From Bacteroidales bacterium UBA1173 (GTDB taxonomy: Bacteria > Bacteroidota > Bacteroidia > Bacteroidales > F082), in contig DBYZ01000003.1 in assembly GCA_002311655.1 (NCBI GenBank), positions 59,868 through 123,867 of the forward strand: 64,000 bases of DNA, written 5' to 3'. The notes beneath the pieces were generated by a model. That model saw nothing but the letters and a program-made list of their open reading frames with translations, did not search any database and was not told the origin of the DNA. Made by a program: the position numbers and the translations under genes. This document shows, in pieces, positions 46,091-56,051 of the stretch (within the stretch, counting starts at the first letter, position 1; every line of letters begins with the position of its first letter).

Positions 46091-46705
46091 ATGAATAATA
46101 AGAATTTACCTATCATCAACATCGCATTGACACTTGTCGCATGCTTATTGGCTTACTTGGTATTCGACAGCATCAGACAGCCTGTGGCTTTCGAAAACAC
46201 CCGTAAAGAAAGAGAAATCAAGGTCGTCCAGAGTTTGAAAGACATCAGAAGCACACAGACTCTTTTCAAACAGACCTACAACAGATACACCGCAAACTTC
46301 GACTCACTCATCGAGTACATCAGAACAGGCGAGCTTCCTATCGTTAACATGATTCCGGACCCTGAAGACACAACATTTACAAAGACCATCAACGATACAG
46401 TTGGTTACATCAAGGTCATCGACTCATTGTTCAACAGCAGAGAAAACTTCGACGTCAACAGTCTGCGCATCGTTCCGTTCTCACAGAACGTGGCATTCGA
46501 GATGCAAGCAGGTTATATCATGCGTGGTGGTTTGAAAGTCGCTGTGTTTGAAGCAAAGACTCCATACAGCTCATATCTTTGGGACCTCGACCCACAGCGC
46601 GTCAACAACTTGAGAGCTGAGCAGGAAGACCTCGACAAATACGCAGGTTTGAAAGTCGGTTCGATGGACGAGCCTTCAACAAGCGGTAACTGGGAATCAT
46701 TATAA
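46091..46705 (+). CDS. membrane-anchored hypothetical protein
   Basis: It has an N-terminal TM 'LPIINIALTLVACLLAYLVF'. A TAAATTTG box lies upstream. No family was recognised. Confidence 0.55.
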   Translation: MNNKNLPIINIALTLVACLLAYLVFDSIRQPVAFENTRKEREIKVVQSLKDIRSTQTLFKQTYNRYTANFDSLIEYIRTGELPIVNMIPDPEDTTFTKTINDTVGYIKVIDSLFNSRENFDVNSLRIVPFSQNVAFEMQAGYIMRGGLKVAVFEAKTPYSSYLWDLDPQRVNNLRAEQEDLDKYAGLKVGSMDEPSTSGNWESL

Positions 46706-46707
46706 TC

Positions 46708-47346
46708 ATGACCCCGACAACCGGCAGTTTGAACAAACACGATACAACCATCCAGCATCCGTTGGATGGTTTTTCGTATTACATAGTCGACAACGACCTG
46801 AACACCTTTGTTCCAAACGAGGTGTATCAAGACAAAAACAAGAAGCAATATCTTGATATTCTGGGACTTACAGACGAAGACAGCGTGGTTTGCGCCGATT
46901 TCGTTAAGCTCGCCGATGCATACAACGTGTTCGCGATGCCGAAAAAAGACTTCGAAAGCATTCGGAATCAAGATGAAAACGCCGAGTTTCATCACGCCTC
47001 GAGCGTACTCGTGGCAAGCTTGATAAAAGACAACATGGAGCGTACCGACGATGTCCGTGTGTATCTCAATATCAAGAATCAGGTTTTTGAAGTGACAGTC
47101 TTAAAAGGATGCAACTTATTGTTTAACAATAATTTCCGTTTTAAGACAAAAGAAGATTTTTTATATTTTCTGCTTTTCACCATCGAGCAGCTGCATCTTG
47201 ACGCAGGCTCCGTGCCGGTATATTTCCTCGGCATGATTGAGGAGAAATCGACGATTGTGGAAGTCACGTCGAGATACATGCGCGACATCCGCTTCATGGG
47301 GAAAGACTATAACGCAATAAACAAAGCGAAGACATGCGAATTATAA
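46708..47346 (+). CDS. DUF3822-like protein
   Basis: The position immediately upstream of, and overlapping, rsmD is conserved Bacteroidota synteny. The assignment rests on context and size. Confidence 0.5.
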   Translation: MTPTTGSLNKHDTTIQHPLDGFSYYIVDNDLNTFVPNEVYQDKNKKQYLDILGLTDEDSVVCADFVKLADAYNVFAMPKKDFESIRNQDENAEFHHASSVLVASLIKDNMERTDDVRVYLNIKNQVFEVTVLKGCNLLFNNNFRFKTKEDFLYFLLFTIEQLHLDAGSVPVYFLGMIEEKSTIVEVTSRYMRDIRFMGKDYNAINKAKTCEL

Positions 47347-47891
47347 GAGGACGACATCAGAGACGGCAGATTGTGGCGCCCGACAACCTCCCGACGCGCC
47401 CGACGACCGACATGGCAAAGGAGAGTCTGTTCAACATCCTTGAAAATCAGATAGATTTGGAGGAGACGACAGCTTTAGACCTCTTCGCCGGAACAGGAAA
47501 CATCTCCTACGAACTCGTTTCGAGAGGCTGCCCGCACGTGACCGCCGTCGATGAGAACAACAACTGCGTAAGATTCATCAGAGAGACGGCTAACAAATTG
47601 GAGATGAACGAGTTATCGGTGGTAAAATCAGACGTATTCCGTTTCTTGCCGATGCACAAAGCCAAGTACGACCTCATCTTCGCTGACCCGCCTTACGACT
47701 GCAAACATTACGAGCTGCTCGTGAACCTCATTTTTGAAAACGCATTATTGAAAGACGACGGCATTTTCGTGTTGGAACACGACAGAACGATAGATTTCTC
47801 GGAGCATCCGAACTATTACGACCATCGCAAATACGGAAAAGTGAACTTCACGTTTTTTGCATCCAAACCTGTTGAAAAAGAAACTATCTAA
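47334..47891 (+). CDS. rsmD: 16S rRNA (guanine966-N2)-methyltransferase
   Basis: It has 'RPTTDMAKESLFNIL', 'LDLFAGTGN' and 'IFADPPY'. Confidence 0.9.
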   Translation: MRIIRGRHQRRQIVAPDNLPTRPTTDMAKESLFNILENQIDLEETTALDLFAGTGNISYELVSRGCPHVTAVDENNNCVRFIRETANKLEMNELSVVKSDVFRFLPMHKAKYDLIFADPPYDCKHYELLVNLIFENALLKDDGIFVLEHDRTIDFSEHPNYYDHRKYGKVNFTFFASKPVEKETI

Positions 47892-47903
47892 AACTACAGT
47901 AAT

Positions 47904-49490
47904 ATGAAAAAGCACCTTAACTTATTGATTGTTTTGTTATTATCGACAATGGCTCTGAGCGCTCAGGTCAATGTCGACGAATATGAATTTGACGGTGCCA
48001 ACTGCACCAGTATCATGGTTGGCAAGAAAGCATCTGCCGACGGCTCTGTCATGACATCACACACCTGCGACAGCTGGTACCGCACCTGGATGCGCTGGGA
48101 GCCAGCCGCCGACTATGAAGACAACGCCTGGACACCAGTCTACAAAGGCACCATGCACACCATGAGTCCTAGCGAGACAAAGGGTCTGGAAGTGGCAGCC
48201 GAGATTCCGTTGCCGAACCACACCTACGCATATCTCAACACCGCATATCCTTGCTTCAACGAGAAGCAGCTGGCTATAGGCGAGACTACGTTCTCTGGTC
48301 CTGACACCCTACGCAATAATGAGGGAGCCTTCCTCATTGATGAACTCGAGCGTTTGGCATTGCAACGCTGCGACAACGCCCGCGACGCCATCAAAACCAT
48401 AGCTGAATTCATCAAAGAATATGGATACGGTGACGGCGGCGAGGCTATCACCATCGCCGACACGAAAGAAGTGTGGCTCATGGAAATCATGGGCGAAGGT
48501 CCTGACAAGATCGGAGGCATCTGGGCAGCACAACGCGTTCCTGACGGAGAAGTCAGCGTTTCGGCTAACATTCCGAGAATCAAATACTTAAACAGAAAAG
48601 ACGAGAAAAACTTCATGTGCTCTGACAACGTTGAAGAGGTGGCGAAGAAATACGGCCTCTGGGACGGCGAAGGCGAACTCATTTGGTACAAGGCATTTGC
48701 CAGCAGCTACTCCAACGGAAAGAACTTCCGTGAACGTGAATGGTTTATATTCAACGAGTTAGCCCCGTCATTGAAACTCGACAGAGACGCTGAAGACATC
48801 CCGTTCTCGGTGAAACCGGAAAAGAAAGTCGACGTCCGCGACGTGATGCGCCTCCTGCGCAGCTACTATGAAGGCACCGACATGGACATCACACGCAATC
48901 TCAAAATAGTGACACGCGACGGCGACACCATCGTCTCTCCTACCGCAAATCCTTGGATGGGCGGCAACGAGCAGAAAGTTTACAACATGCTGAAACCTGG
49001 AACCATCGAGTTCAAACGCGGCGTGGCAATGTCGTGGTGCTCATATTCATTCGTGGCACAGCTCCGCGACTGGATGCCTGACGAGATCGGCGGAATCTGC
49101 TGGATCGGCGTCGAGAATCCTGGACAAAGCCCGAGAATCCCTGTCTACAGCGGCTGCACCAAGATGCCGTCATGCTTCGACAGATGCGGACACGGTCACT
49201 ACGACGAGCAGACAGCTTTGTGGCGTTACAGAAAAGCCAACAAACTCGCTCAGGTCAACTGGGGATACGCAAAGGATATAATGTACAGCAATATCCAGCG
49301 TTATGAAGACAAGGCTTTCGAAGAGATGCCAGAGTTAGAGAAAAAAGTCGAGAAACTTCTCAAGAAAGGCGAAAAAGACGAAGCCATCAAGATGCTCAAC
49401 AGATACACTGCCGACTTCGAGGCAGCAACAGCTGAGACATGGAAAGAGATGGAACATCATTTCTGGGAAAAGTTCTGGACAGGATTCTGA
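47904..49490 (+). CDS. C69-family dipeptidase, secreted (paralogue of 4236-5918)
   Basis: It has a signal peptide followed by 'CTSIMVGKKASADGSVMTSHTCD'. Confidence 0.85.
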   Translation: MKKHLNLLIVLLLSTMALSAQVNVDEYEFDGANCTSIMVGKKASADGSVMTSHTCDSWYRTWMRWEPAADYEDNAWTPVYKGTMHTMSPSETKGLEVAAEIPLPNHTYAYLNTAYPCFNEKQLAIGETTFSGPDTLRNNEGAFLIDELERLALQRCDNARDAIKTIAEFIKEYGYGDGGEAITIADTKEVWLMEIMGEGPDKIGGIWAAQRVPDGEVSVSANIPRIKYLNRKDEKNFMCSDNVEEVAKKYGLWDGEGELIWYKAFASSYSNGKNFREREWFIFNELAPSLKLDRDAEDIPFSVKPEKKVDVRDVMRLLRSYYEGTDMDITRNLKIVTRDGDTIVSPTANPWMGGNEQKVYNMLKPGTIEFKRGVAMSWCSYSFVAQLRDWMPDEIGGICWIGVENPGQSPRIPVYSGCTKMPSCFDRCGHGHYDEQTALWRYRKANKLAQVNWGYAKDIMYSNIQRYEDKAFEEMPELEKKVEKLLKKGEKDEAIKMLNRYTADFEAATAETWKEMEHHFWEKFWTGF

Positions 49491-49502
49491 TAACACTTGA
49501 AA

Positions 49503-50138
49503 ATGAAGAAATCCACATTATTAGCGATTACCGCCACCGTGCTGGTGTTGCTCATGACATACATGCCGGCGAATGCTCAATATGTCGTCTCCGACAAATA
49601 CGACCTGTGGTTTGAAGATACCGACAACGAGATGACAACACGCAAGGCGGAATGGTGCACCGAAGATTATCAGGACCTCAGAAACGGATGCTATGTCCGA
49701 ATCAATAGCTCTTACGTGTACATATATAATAATGGCAGATCCATCCTCTATGGAGATGAAATCAACCTGATTTACAACGGCTATTATCGTGTAAAACGCA
49801 ACGGGACATGGTATCTGGCTGATCCGGACGGTGATTTGGTAGATGGAATTTACGGAAAGGAAATTCTTTATTATCCTTGGAATCATGTGGCAGTTCAGCG
49901 CAGCTCAGGCTATTGGGATGTCTATAACTGCAACGGATACAAACTCGATTTCTATTCCGACGAGTCACCTTTAATCTTTGCAAACGGCTGCTGGGGTGTC
50001 AAGCACGGCAGATATTGGTATGGGTACGATCAGGACGGCGATCAGATTAGCGGAGTGTATGGCGATGAGCTCATTTTGCTTAATGACGGCCGCTGGAAAT
50101 GCATCCAAGGCAGTTACATCTCCTATGTAAGACCATAA
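49503..50138 (+). CDS. WG-repeat (KWG) protein, secreted
   Basis: It has a signal peptide 'MKKSTLLAITATVLVLL'. Motifs such as 'NGTWYLADPDGDLV' and 'HGRYWYGYDQDGDQI' recur. The ATG at 49503 was preferred over the TTG at 49497. Confidence 0.7.
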   Translation: MKKSTLLAITATVLVLLMTYMPANAQYVVSDKYDLWFEDTDNEMTTRKAEWCTEDYQDLRNGCYVRINSSYVYIYNNGRSILYGDEINLIYNGYYRVKRNGTWYLADPDGDLVDGIYGKEILYYPWNHVAVQRSSGYWDVYNCNGYKLDFYSDESPLIFANGCWGVKHGRYWYGYDQDGDQISGVYGDELILLNDGRWKCIQGSYISYVRP

Positions 50139-50324
50139 TTGTCTATTCATATCTTATTGTTTATCAATGTTTTATAAAAAATCTTAAAAATTTTTTAAAA
50201 ATATTTTAATTTTTTTGTAGTTTATATTATAAACTTGTTTATCTTTGCATCGTCGTTTAAGACATAAAGTGCACTTAAAAAAGTTTAAATTAAAAGTCAA
50301 AAATTAACAATTAAAATTAAAACT

Positions 50325-50912
50325 ATGGAAAACATTGAACAAAAAAATGAAATGACAGCTCAGCAGAGTTTGAACATCATCAGTGAAATGATCAACGAGA
50401 GCCGTCGCACAATCCTTCAAAGCAGCGCAAAACACTTCATGTTATGGGGCAGTTTGCTGATCGTTGTATCGTTAGTGATTTATTGGTTATGGCAATATTC
50501 GGGCAGTCCGGTTTGGAATGTCGTGTGGTTTGTAATGCCTGCCTTAGGATTCCCGATGGTAAGAATCCTCGAGAGAAAAGAGTCCGACATCCCGCAGAGC
50601 AAAATCAACATGAACATCGGTCTGATCTGGCTCACCTATTGTATTTTCGCGGTCTGCATCAGTGTCATCGCAATGCTGTGGATATCGATGAACATCACGT
50701 TGATTCTTGTGGTTTTGGTAGGCTTTGCAGAGGCTATCTCGGGCTTTCTTTTGAAAAACTGGGCTATCACCATCAGCGGTTTCATCATCGGCATCGGTGG
50801 CGCAGTGATGGCTTCATTACTTGCTGCTGGTGCTGAGCAGTTGCTCATTTTCACCGTATGCGGCATCATGCTCGTTATAACCGGACTTATTATCAAATCT
50901 CAATACAAGTAG
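50325..50912 (+). CDS. polytopic membrane protein of unknown function
   Basis: It has about five hydrophobic helices. A TATCTTTG box lies upstream. It is paired with a winged-helix regulator. Confidence 0.6.
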   Translation: MENIEQKNEMTAQQSLNIISEMINESRRTILQSSAKHFMLWGSLLIVVSLVIYWLWQYSGSPVWNVVWFVMPALGFPMVRILERKESDIPQSKINMNIGLIWLTYCIFAVCISVIAMLWISMNITLILVVLVGFAEAISGFLLKNWAITISGFIIGIGGAVMASLLAAGAEQLLIFTVCGIMLVITGLIIKSQYK

Positions 50913-50914
50913 CC

Positions 50915-51196
50915 ATGTTACCGAAACTTGACCCAATAATGCATTCCGAGCTGCGGCTGGCGGTGATGTCGATCCTTGCCGGCGTTGAGGATGCTGATTT
51001 CAGTTACCTCAAGAAGCAGACTGGAGCCACATCGGGCAACCTCAGCGTGCAAATCGACAAGCTCAGCGCGGCAGGCTACATCTCTGTGGAGAAAGGCTTC
51101 AAGGGAAAGGTGCCTTGCACTACCTGCAAAATCACTTCAGCGGGCCTTACAGCCTTCGAAAACTATGTTAACTCATTGAAAGAGTATCTCATTTAA
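50915..51196 (+). CDS. winged-helix (HTH_34/ArsR-like) transcriptional regulator
   Basis: It has 'IMHSELRLAVMSILAGVEDADFSYLKKQTGATSGNLSVQIDKLSAAGYISVEK'. The start at 50915 lies 2 nt after the upstream stop. Confidence 0.75.
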   Translation: MLPKLDPIMHSELRLAVMSILAGVEDADFSYLKKQTGATSGNLSVQIDKLSAAGYISVEKGFKGKVPCTTCKITSAGLTAFENYVNSLKEYLI

Positions 51197-51220
51197 AACT
51201 AATACTATTTGAATTTTTCA

Positions 51221-51249
51221 GGGGACAATTGGGGAGTTGTCCCCTTTTT
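51221..51249 (+). terminator. intrinsic terminator
   Basis: ggggacaa-ttggggag-ttgtcccc followed by ttttt. Confidence 0.75.
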
Positions 51250-51302
51250 CATTTTTTATTTGATTTTTCAGCCGTTGACGATGAAATTTTTTGTACCTTT
51301 GC

Positions 51303-51442
51303 CGCCGCTTTGGAAAAGGGAATGCCGTGAAAATCGGCAACAGTACCCGCTGCTGTAAGTCCGGCGTAAAGGCCTGTCAATCAAGCCACTGTCGAGAGAT
51401 GGGAAGGCGACAGGCTCGGATGAGTCAGAAGACCTTGCCAAG
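51303..51442 (+). promoter_or_regulatory. cobalamin (B12) riboswitch
   Basis: Four conserved elements are present: 'AAGGGAAUGCCGUGAAAAUCGGC', 'ACCCGCUGCUGUAAG', the B12-box core 'AAGCCACUG...GGGAAGGC', and 'GAGUCAGAAGACCUUGCC'. A TACCTTTG -7 box sits at 51294-51301. Confidence 0.85.
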
Positions 51443-51482
51443 CAACATAGTAAATTTATTTCGGGATTAAAATTAAATTATC

Positions 51483-54400
51483 ATGAAAAAGTGTTTCTTT
51501 TTAGCACTGTCGCTTTTCTTTGCGACTATCGTAAACGCCCAATTGTCAGGCACTTACACAATCAGCAGTAACTCTTCCTCAAACCCTGACTACACCTCGT
51601 TGAGCGCGGCTGCCTCGGCATTGTCGGCTGGCGTGTCGGGTCAGGTGGTATTTGAAATCGCTCCTGGAACGTATGAGGAGTACGTCACCATCAACCAAAT
51701 CAACGGAGCATCGGCGACAAACCGTGTCATTTTCAGAGGCATGGGTGGCGACAACCAACAAGTCGTGATCACCAGCAACGCCGGATACACCGACAACAGC
51801 ACCATCAAGCTCAACGGCACCGACTACATCACCTTTGAGAACATGACGGTTACAACATCATCAACGGCAAAGGCACGCTTACTGGTATTTGACGGCCAGT
51901 GTGACTACGACAGATTCGAAAACGTGCGTTTCGTAGGCATAGAGGTGCCTACAAATTCATCCGACAACGACAAAAACCTTGTTCACATGAACAACGGCGA
52001 CGGCATTGTCAACCACGACACACAATTCGTAGGCTGCCAGTTCATCAACGGATGTATAGCCCTTTATCTGCAAGGAAAAAACATGACATTGTTCAATGAA
52101 AATGTGCTTGTTGAAAACTGTAACTTTGAAAATCAACAGTTTAAGTCGATTTACATCACTTTCTACAACAATGTTGTACTTCGTGGAAATACCGTCGTCA
52201 ACGCCAACGATTTCAAGACAGATTACAATGCCATTGATATTTTCCAGTGCTATAACGGCGCCATCATTGAGAAAAACGTGATGAATATTACTCGTACGAC
52301 AAGTTATTCTACCGTTTTCAGAATCCGTCCGTTGGTTGGAACAGCTGAAAATCACGTCATCATCAGAAACAACATTGTAAATCTTCAGGCTAATTCAAGT
52401 AGTTATGCATTCGCCATCGACTACAATGAATGCGCTTACATTGATTTTGCGCATAATACCCTAAAATGCACCGGAACAGGCGAAAATATCAACATTTTCG
52501 TACAGAAAAACGGTACAAACTTCAACTTTTACAACAATTTGCTTGTGAATACAACCAACGGCTACGTTTTCCGCTTCAACAACAGTGTCGATAGCCGCGT
52601 TTGCGACTACAATCGCATACAATATACAGGAGCTAACATCGGAAGGTTCACAACAACAGATTGCGCCACGTTAAGCGACTGGACTGCAGCCACAGGCTTC
52701 GACGCACAATCGGCTCTTTGCACACCTAACTTTGTAGGCACCAACGACTTACACATCACCGATGCAACAGGTTTGACAGTTGCAAATCCACTTTCATACG
52801 TCACAAAAGACATCGACGACCAGAACCGTTCAACCACAGCACCATGTGCAGGAGCAGATGAGTTTACAAGTGGCACCAACCTGCCTCCAGTCGTGGCAAA
52901 CCCAATAAGTAACATCACTTTTGAAAACTATCCGGCAAGCCAGTCAATCAACTTGAGCAACACCTTCAACGACCCTGACGATCCGAATACCGGTATAGTT
53001 ATCACGGTAGCTTCAAACAGCAACCCATCGCTCGTCTCAACATCGTTGAGCAACAACATTTTGACTGTCACACGTCTTGTTGCGACAGGTGGAATAGCCA
53101 CTATCACTTTGAATGCAGAAAGCGCCGGACAGTCGGTGCAGACCTCGTTCACGGTGGAGTGTCTCGCTGAAGACCTGCCGCCTGTCGTGGCTAACCCATT
53201 GGCTCCAATCAGCTTCACCGACTACCCACAGACGCTGAATTTCGACCTCAGCAATGTTTTCGACGATCCTGACAACAACAACGAATTCATCGAAATCACA
53301 ATTCAGAGCTGTCCGTCGGAAATCACCGCCACAATCGATTACAGCGACATGCTTTGGGTTACAAGAACCACTTCTAACGCATTCACCAACAAGACTTTAG
53401 TGATTCGCGCAACAAGCAACGGCAAACATGTGGATATGAACGTGAGCGTTTCTGGCGTTGAAGTCGTAATCACTGTCGGAACAGCCACTTTCGATGACGT
53501 CGCTTTAGGTGCAAACGGCTACTGGCAAGGTGAATCTGGCGACAATGAGATGTTCAGCGGCGGCTGGATTTTCACCAACTATTACATGCCGGAATATTCA
53601 TTCTGGGGTGGTTTCACAGCCTCTAACCACACCGATATGTCGCAGTCGGGATTGAATGCACAATACACAGCGGCTACCGGTGCCGGCTACGATGGCTCGA
53701 CACAATACGGCGTGGCATACTGCATGGGCGTTCAAACTGATGTCTACGCTTCTGACAATCAGTCTCATACAGTTACAGGATGCTACGTCACAAACAACCT
53801 CTGGGCTTATCAGAACATGCATGACGGCGACGCTACCGCCACACCATTCGGAGGCACATCGGGCAACGACCCTGACTGGTTTAAGCTCACCGCCACGGGC
53901 AAAAACGCCAGCGGTCAGACAGTAGGAACAGCCGAGTTTTATCTCGCCGACTATCGTTTCACAAACAACGACGAAGACTATATTTTGAACACCTGGGAAT
54001 GGTTCGACCTCAGCACTCTCGGTGCGGTTCATACCATCTCGTTCAGCCTCTCTTCATCGAAAAACAACAGCGGCGGCATGATTACCCCGGCTTACTTCTG
54101 TATTGAAAACTTCAACGGAACAGCTCCTACACCGCCGCAAGACCTTCCACCTTACGTAGTCAACCCTGTAGGTGACGTAGATTTTACAAGTTTCCCAGAA
54201 ATAGTATATGTTAATCTTGATGGTGTTGTAACCGACGATGATGACCCAGATGAAAATATCGATTTTAATATCCTTTCCATATCAAATACTGAATATCTTT
54301 ACGCTGTCATGCAAGGCAAGAGATTGAAAATGACTCGTGTATCAAGGGAGGAATCAATTGTAACCATTACCATGCGAGCCTACAGTGATGGTCAATATGT

Positions 54401-54683
54401 TGATTTTGATGTGCATGCAATATTGCATTATGTACCAGATGGAATTGAAGATAATGAAGTTACAACAATATCAGTATATCCAAATCCCGCACATGATTTC
54501 GTAACCGTAGAGACGTGCCATGGCGCGTCTGTACAAAGCATTATTGTAAGTGACGTTACAGGAAAAACAATTCTATCATCATCAGAATCAAGAATTGATG
54601 TCAGCGCATTATCGGAAGGTATGTATTTCATCACGATTATCACTGAAAATCAAAAATTTGTTGAAAAAATCATTAAAAAATAG
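51483..54683 (+). CDS. T9SS cargo with an N-terminal beta-helix region, three Ig/cadherin-like modules and a DUF4465-like domain (1066 aa)
   Basis: It has a signal peptide. N/V/I-rich beta-helix repeats run to about aa 450. Three modules start 'LPP(V/Y)V(A/V)NP'. A DUF4465-like block lies at about nt 53480-54120, running 'ATFDDVALGANGYWQGE...FWGGFTASNHTD...DWFKLTATG...FYLADYR...ITPAYFCIENF'. The CTD is 'VYPNPAHDFVTV...GMYFITI'. Confidence 0.8.
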   Translation: MKKCFFLALSLFFATIVNAQLSGTYTISSNSSSNPDYTSLSAAASALSAGVSGQVVFEIAPGTYEEYVTINQINGASATNRVIFRGMGGDNQQVVITSNAGYTDNSTIKLNGTDYITFENMTVTTSSTAKARLLVFDGQCDYDRFENVRFVGIEVPTNSSDNDKNLVHMNNGDGIVNHDTQFVGCQFINGCIALYLQGKNMTLFNENVLVENCNFENQQFKSIYITFYNNVVLRGNTVVNANDFKTDYNAIDIFQCYNGAIIEKNVMNITRTTSYSTVFRIRPLVGTAENHVIIRNNIVNLQANSSSYAFAIDYNECAYIDFAHNTLKCTGTGENINIFVQKNGTNFNFYNNLLVNTTNGYVFRFNNSVDSRVCDYNRIQYTGANIGRFTTTDCATLSDWTAATGFDAQSALCTPNFVGTNDLHITDATGLTVANPLSYVTKDIDDQNRSTTAPCAGADEFTSGTNLPPVVANPISNITFENYPASQSINLSNTFNDPDDPNTGIVITVASNSNPSLVSTSLSNNILTVTRLVATGGIATITLNAESAGQSVQTSFTVECLAEDLPPVVANPLAPISFTDYPQTLNFDLSNVFDDPDNNNEFIEITIQSCPSEITATIDYSDMLWVTRTTSNAFTNKTLVIRATSNGKHVDMNVSVSGVEVVITVGTATFDDVALGANGYWQGESGDNEMFSGGWIFTNYYMPEYSFWGGFTASNHTDMSQSGLNAQYTAATGAGYDGSTQYGVAYCMGVQTDVYASDNQSHTVTGCYVTNNLWAYQNMHDGDATATPFGGTSGNDPDWFKLTATGKNASGQTVGTAEFYLADYRFTNNDEDYILNTWEWFDLSTLGAVHTISFSLSSSKNNSGGMITPAYFCIENFNGTAPTPPQDLPPYVVNPVGDVDFTSFPEIVYVNLDGVVTDDDDPDENIDFNILSISNTEYLYAVMQGKRLKMTRVSREESIVTITMRAYSDGQYVDFDVHAILHYVPDGIEDNEVTTISVYPNPAHDFVTVETCHGASVQSIIVSDVTGKTILSSSESRIDVSALSEGMYFITIITENQKFVEKIIKK

Positions 54684-54689
54684 GTCGTC

Positions 54690-56009
54690 ATGAGAAAGCA
54701 ATATCAACCAGTATCAGCAGCCGAGGCTGTAAAAGTCATAAAATCCGGCGACCACGTCCATATCAGCTCAGTGTCGAGTGTGCCGCAATGTCTTGTGAAA
54801 GCCCTGTGCGACCGCGGTCGTGCCGGTGAGTTGAAAAATGTTTACATCCACCATCTCCACACCGAGGGTGCGGCTCCATACGTCAACCCGGAATTCGAAG
54901 GCATCTTCCAGCACAACGCTTTCTTCGTAGGCGCCAACGTCCGCGAGAGCGTGCAGAAAGGCTTGGCCGACTATATCCCGGTGTTTCTTGGCGAGACCTC
55001 GAAGCTTTATCGCGAAAAATACATAAAATGCAACGTGGCGATGATTCAGGTTTGTCCGCCCGACAAGTTCGGATACGTTTCTTTAGGCTCATCTGTCGAC
55101 GCCACCTTGGCAGCAATGGAGAGCGCCGAGTTCGTCATCGCGGTGGTCAACAAACACGTGCCACGCACCTTTGGCGACGCCCTGGTCCACATCAGCAGAA
55201 TCAATGTCTTTGTTGAGGACGACACTCCTTTGCTCACCGTCGATATGCCTGAGCCGAATCAGGTGGAGAAGACCATAGGACGTTATTGCGCTGAGCTCAT
55301 CGAAGACGGCGCCTGCCTCCAGATGGGTATCGGCTCAATCCCGAATGCGATTTTATCGTGCCTCCACAACCACAAAAACATCGGCATTCATACCGAGATG
55401 TTCTCTGACGGCATCCTTCCTCTGGTGAAAAAAGGTGTCATCACTGGCGACAACAAGAAACTCGACAAAGGTAAGATTGTCTCCACTTTTGTGATGGGTT
55501 CGAAAAAAATCTATGACTTCATAGACGGCAACCACGAGGTTTTGCTGAAAGATGTGGAATACACCAACGATCCGTTCATCATCGCTCAGCAGCCTAAGAT
55601 GACTTCCATCAACTCGGCAATCCAGATTGATTTGTCGGGTCAGGTGTGCGCCGACTCGCTTGGCGATAAGATTTATTCTGGCGTGGGCGGTCAGATTGAC
55701 TATGTTTACGGCTCATCGCGTGCAAAAGGAGGCAAGGCCATCATCGCTATGCCTTCGACCACGAGAAAAGGCATCAACAAGATTGTGCCGGCGTTGGATT
55801 TGGGCTCAGGCGCTGTCACCACGCGCAACCACATCCATTGGTTTATCACGGAATATGGCGCTGTGAACCTCTACGGTCGCTCGTTGCAGGAGCGCGCAAA
55901 GCTCATCATCTCCGTCGCTCATCCGAAATATCAGGAAGAACTCGACGAGGCGGCATTCAAACGCTTCGGACCTCACTATCATTATATTTGTCGAAATAAT
56001 TTGATTTAA
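54690..56009 (+). CDS. acetyl-CoA hydrolase/transferase family protein (4-hydroxybutyrate/succinate CoA-transferase-like)
   Basis: It has 'GDHVHISSVSSVPQ', 'LQMGIGSIPNA', 'HTEMFSDG' and 'SGVGGQIDYVYG'. Confidence 0.85.
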   Translation: MRKQYQPVSAAEAVKVIKSGDHVHISSVSSVPQCLVKALCDRGRAGELKNVYIHHLHTEGAAPYVNPEFEGIFQHNAFFVGANVRESVQKGLADYIPVFLGETSKLYREKYIKCNVAMIQVCPPDKFGYVSLGSSVDATLAAMESAEFVIAVVNKHVPRTFGDALVHISRINVFVEDDTPLLTVDMPEPNQVEKTIGRYCAELIEDGACLQMGIGSIPNAILSCLHNHKNIGIHTEMFSDGILPLVKKGVITGDNKKLDKGKIVSTFVMGSKKIYDFIDGNHEVLLKDVEYTNDPFIIAQQPKMTSINSAIQIDLSGQVCADSLGDKIYSGVGGQIDYVYGSSRAKGGKAIIAMPSTTRKGINKIVPALDLGSGAVTTRNHIHWFITEYGAVNLYGRSLQERAKLIISVAHPKYQEELDEAAFKRFGPHYHYICRNNLI

Positions 56010-56051
56010 AATTGAATTTAATTTTATATTTGCAAAAAATTTGAATATAAA

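Noticed and set aside
50139-50324. Partial similarity of 'aaaaatcttaaaaatttttt' here to the core of the 50-bp direct repeat (aaatcttaaaaaatttt).
   Set aside because: The match is short and low-complexity A/T sequence, so it is likely to occur by chance in AT-rich intergenic DNA. The flanks do not match.
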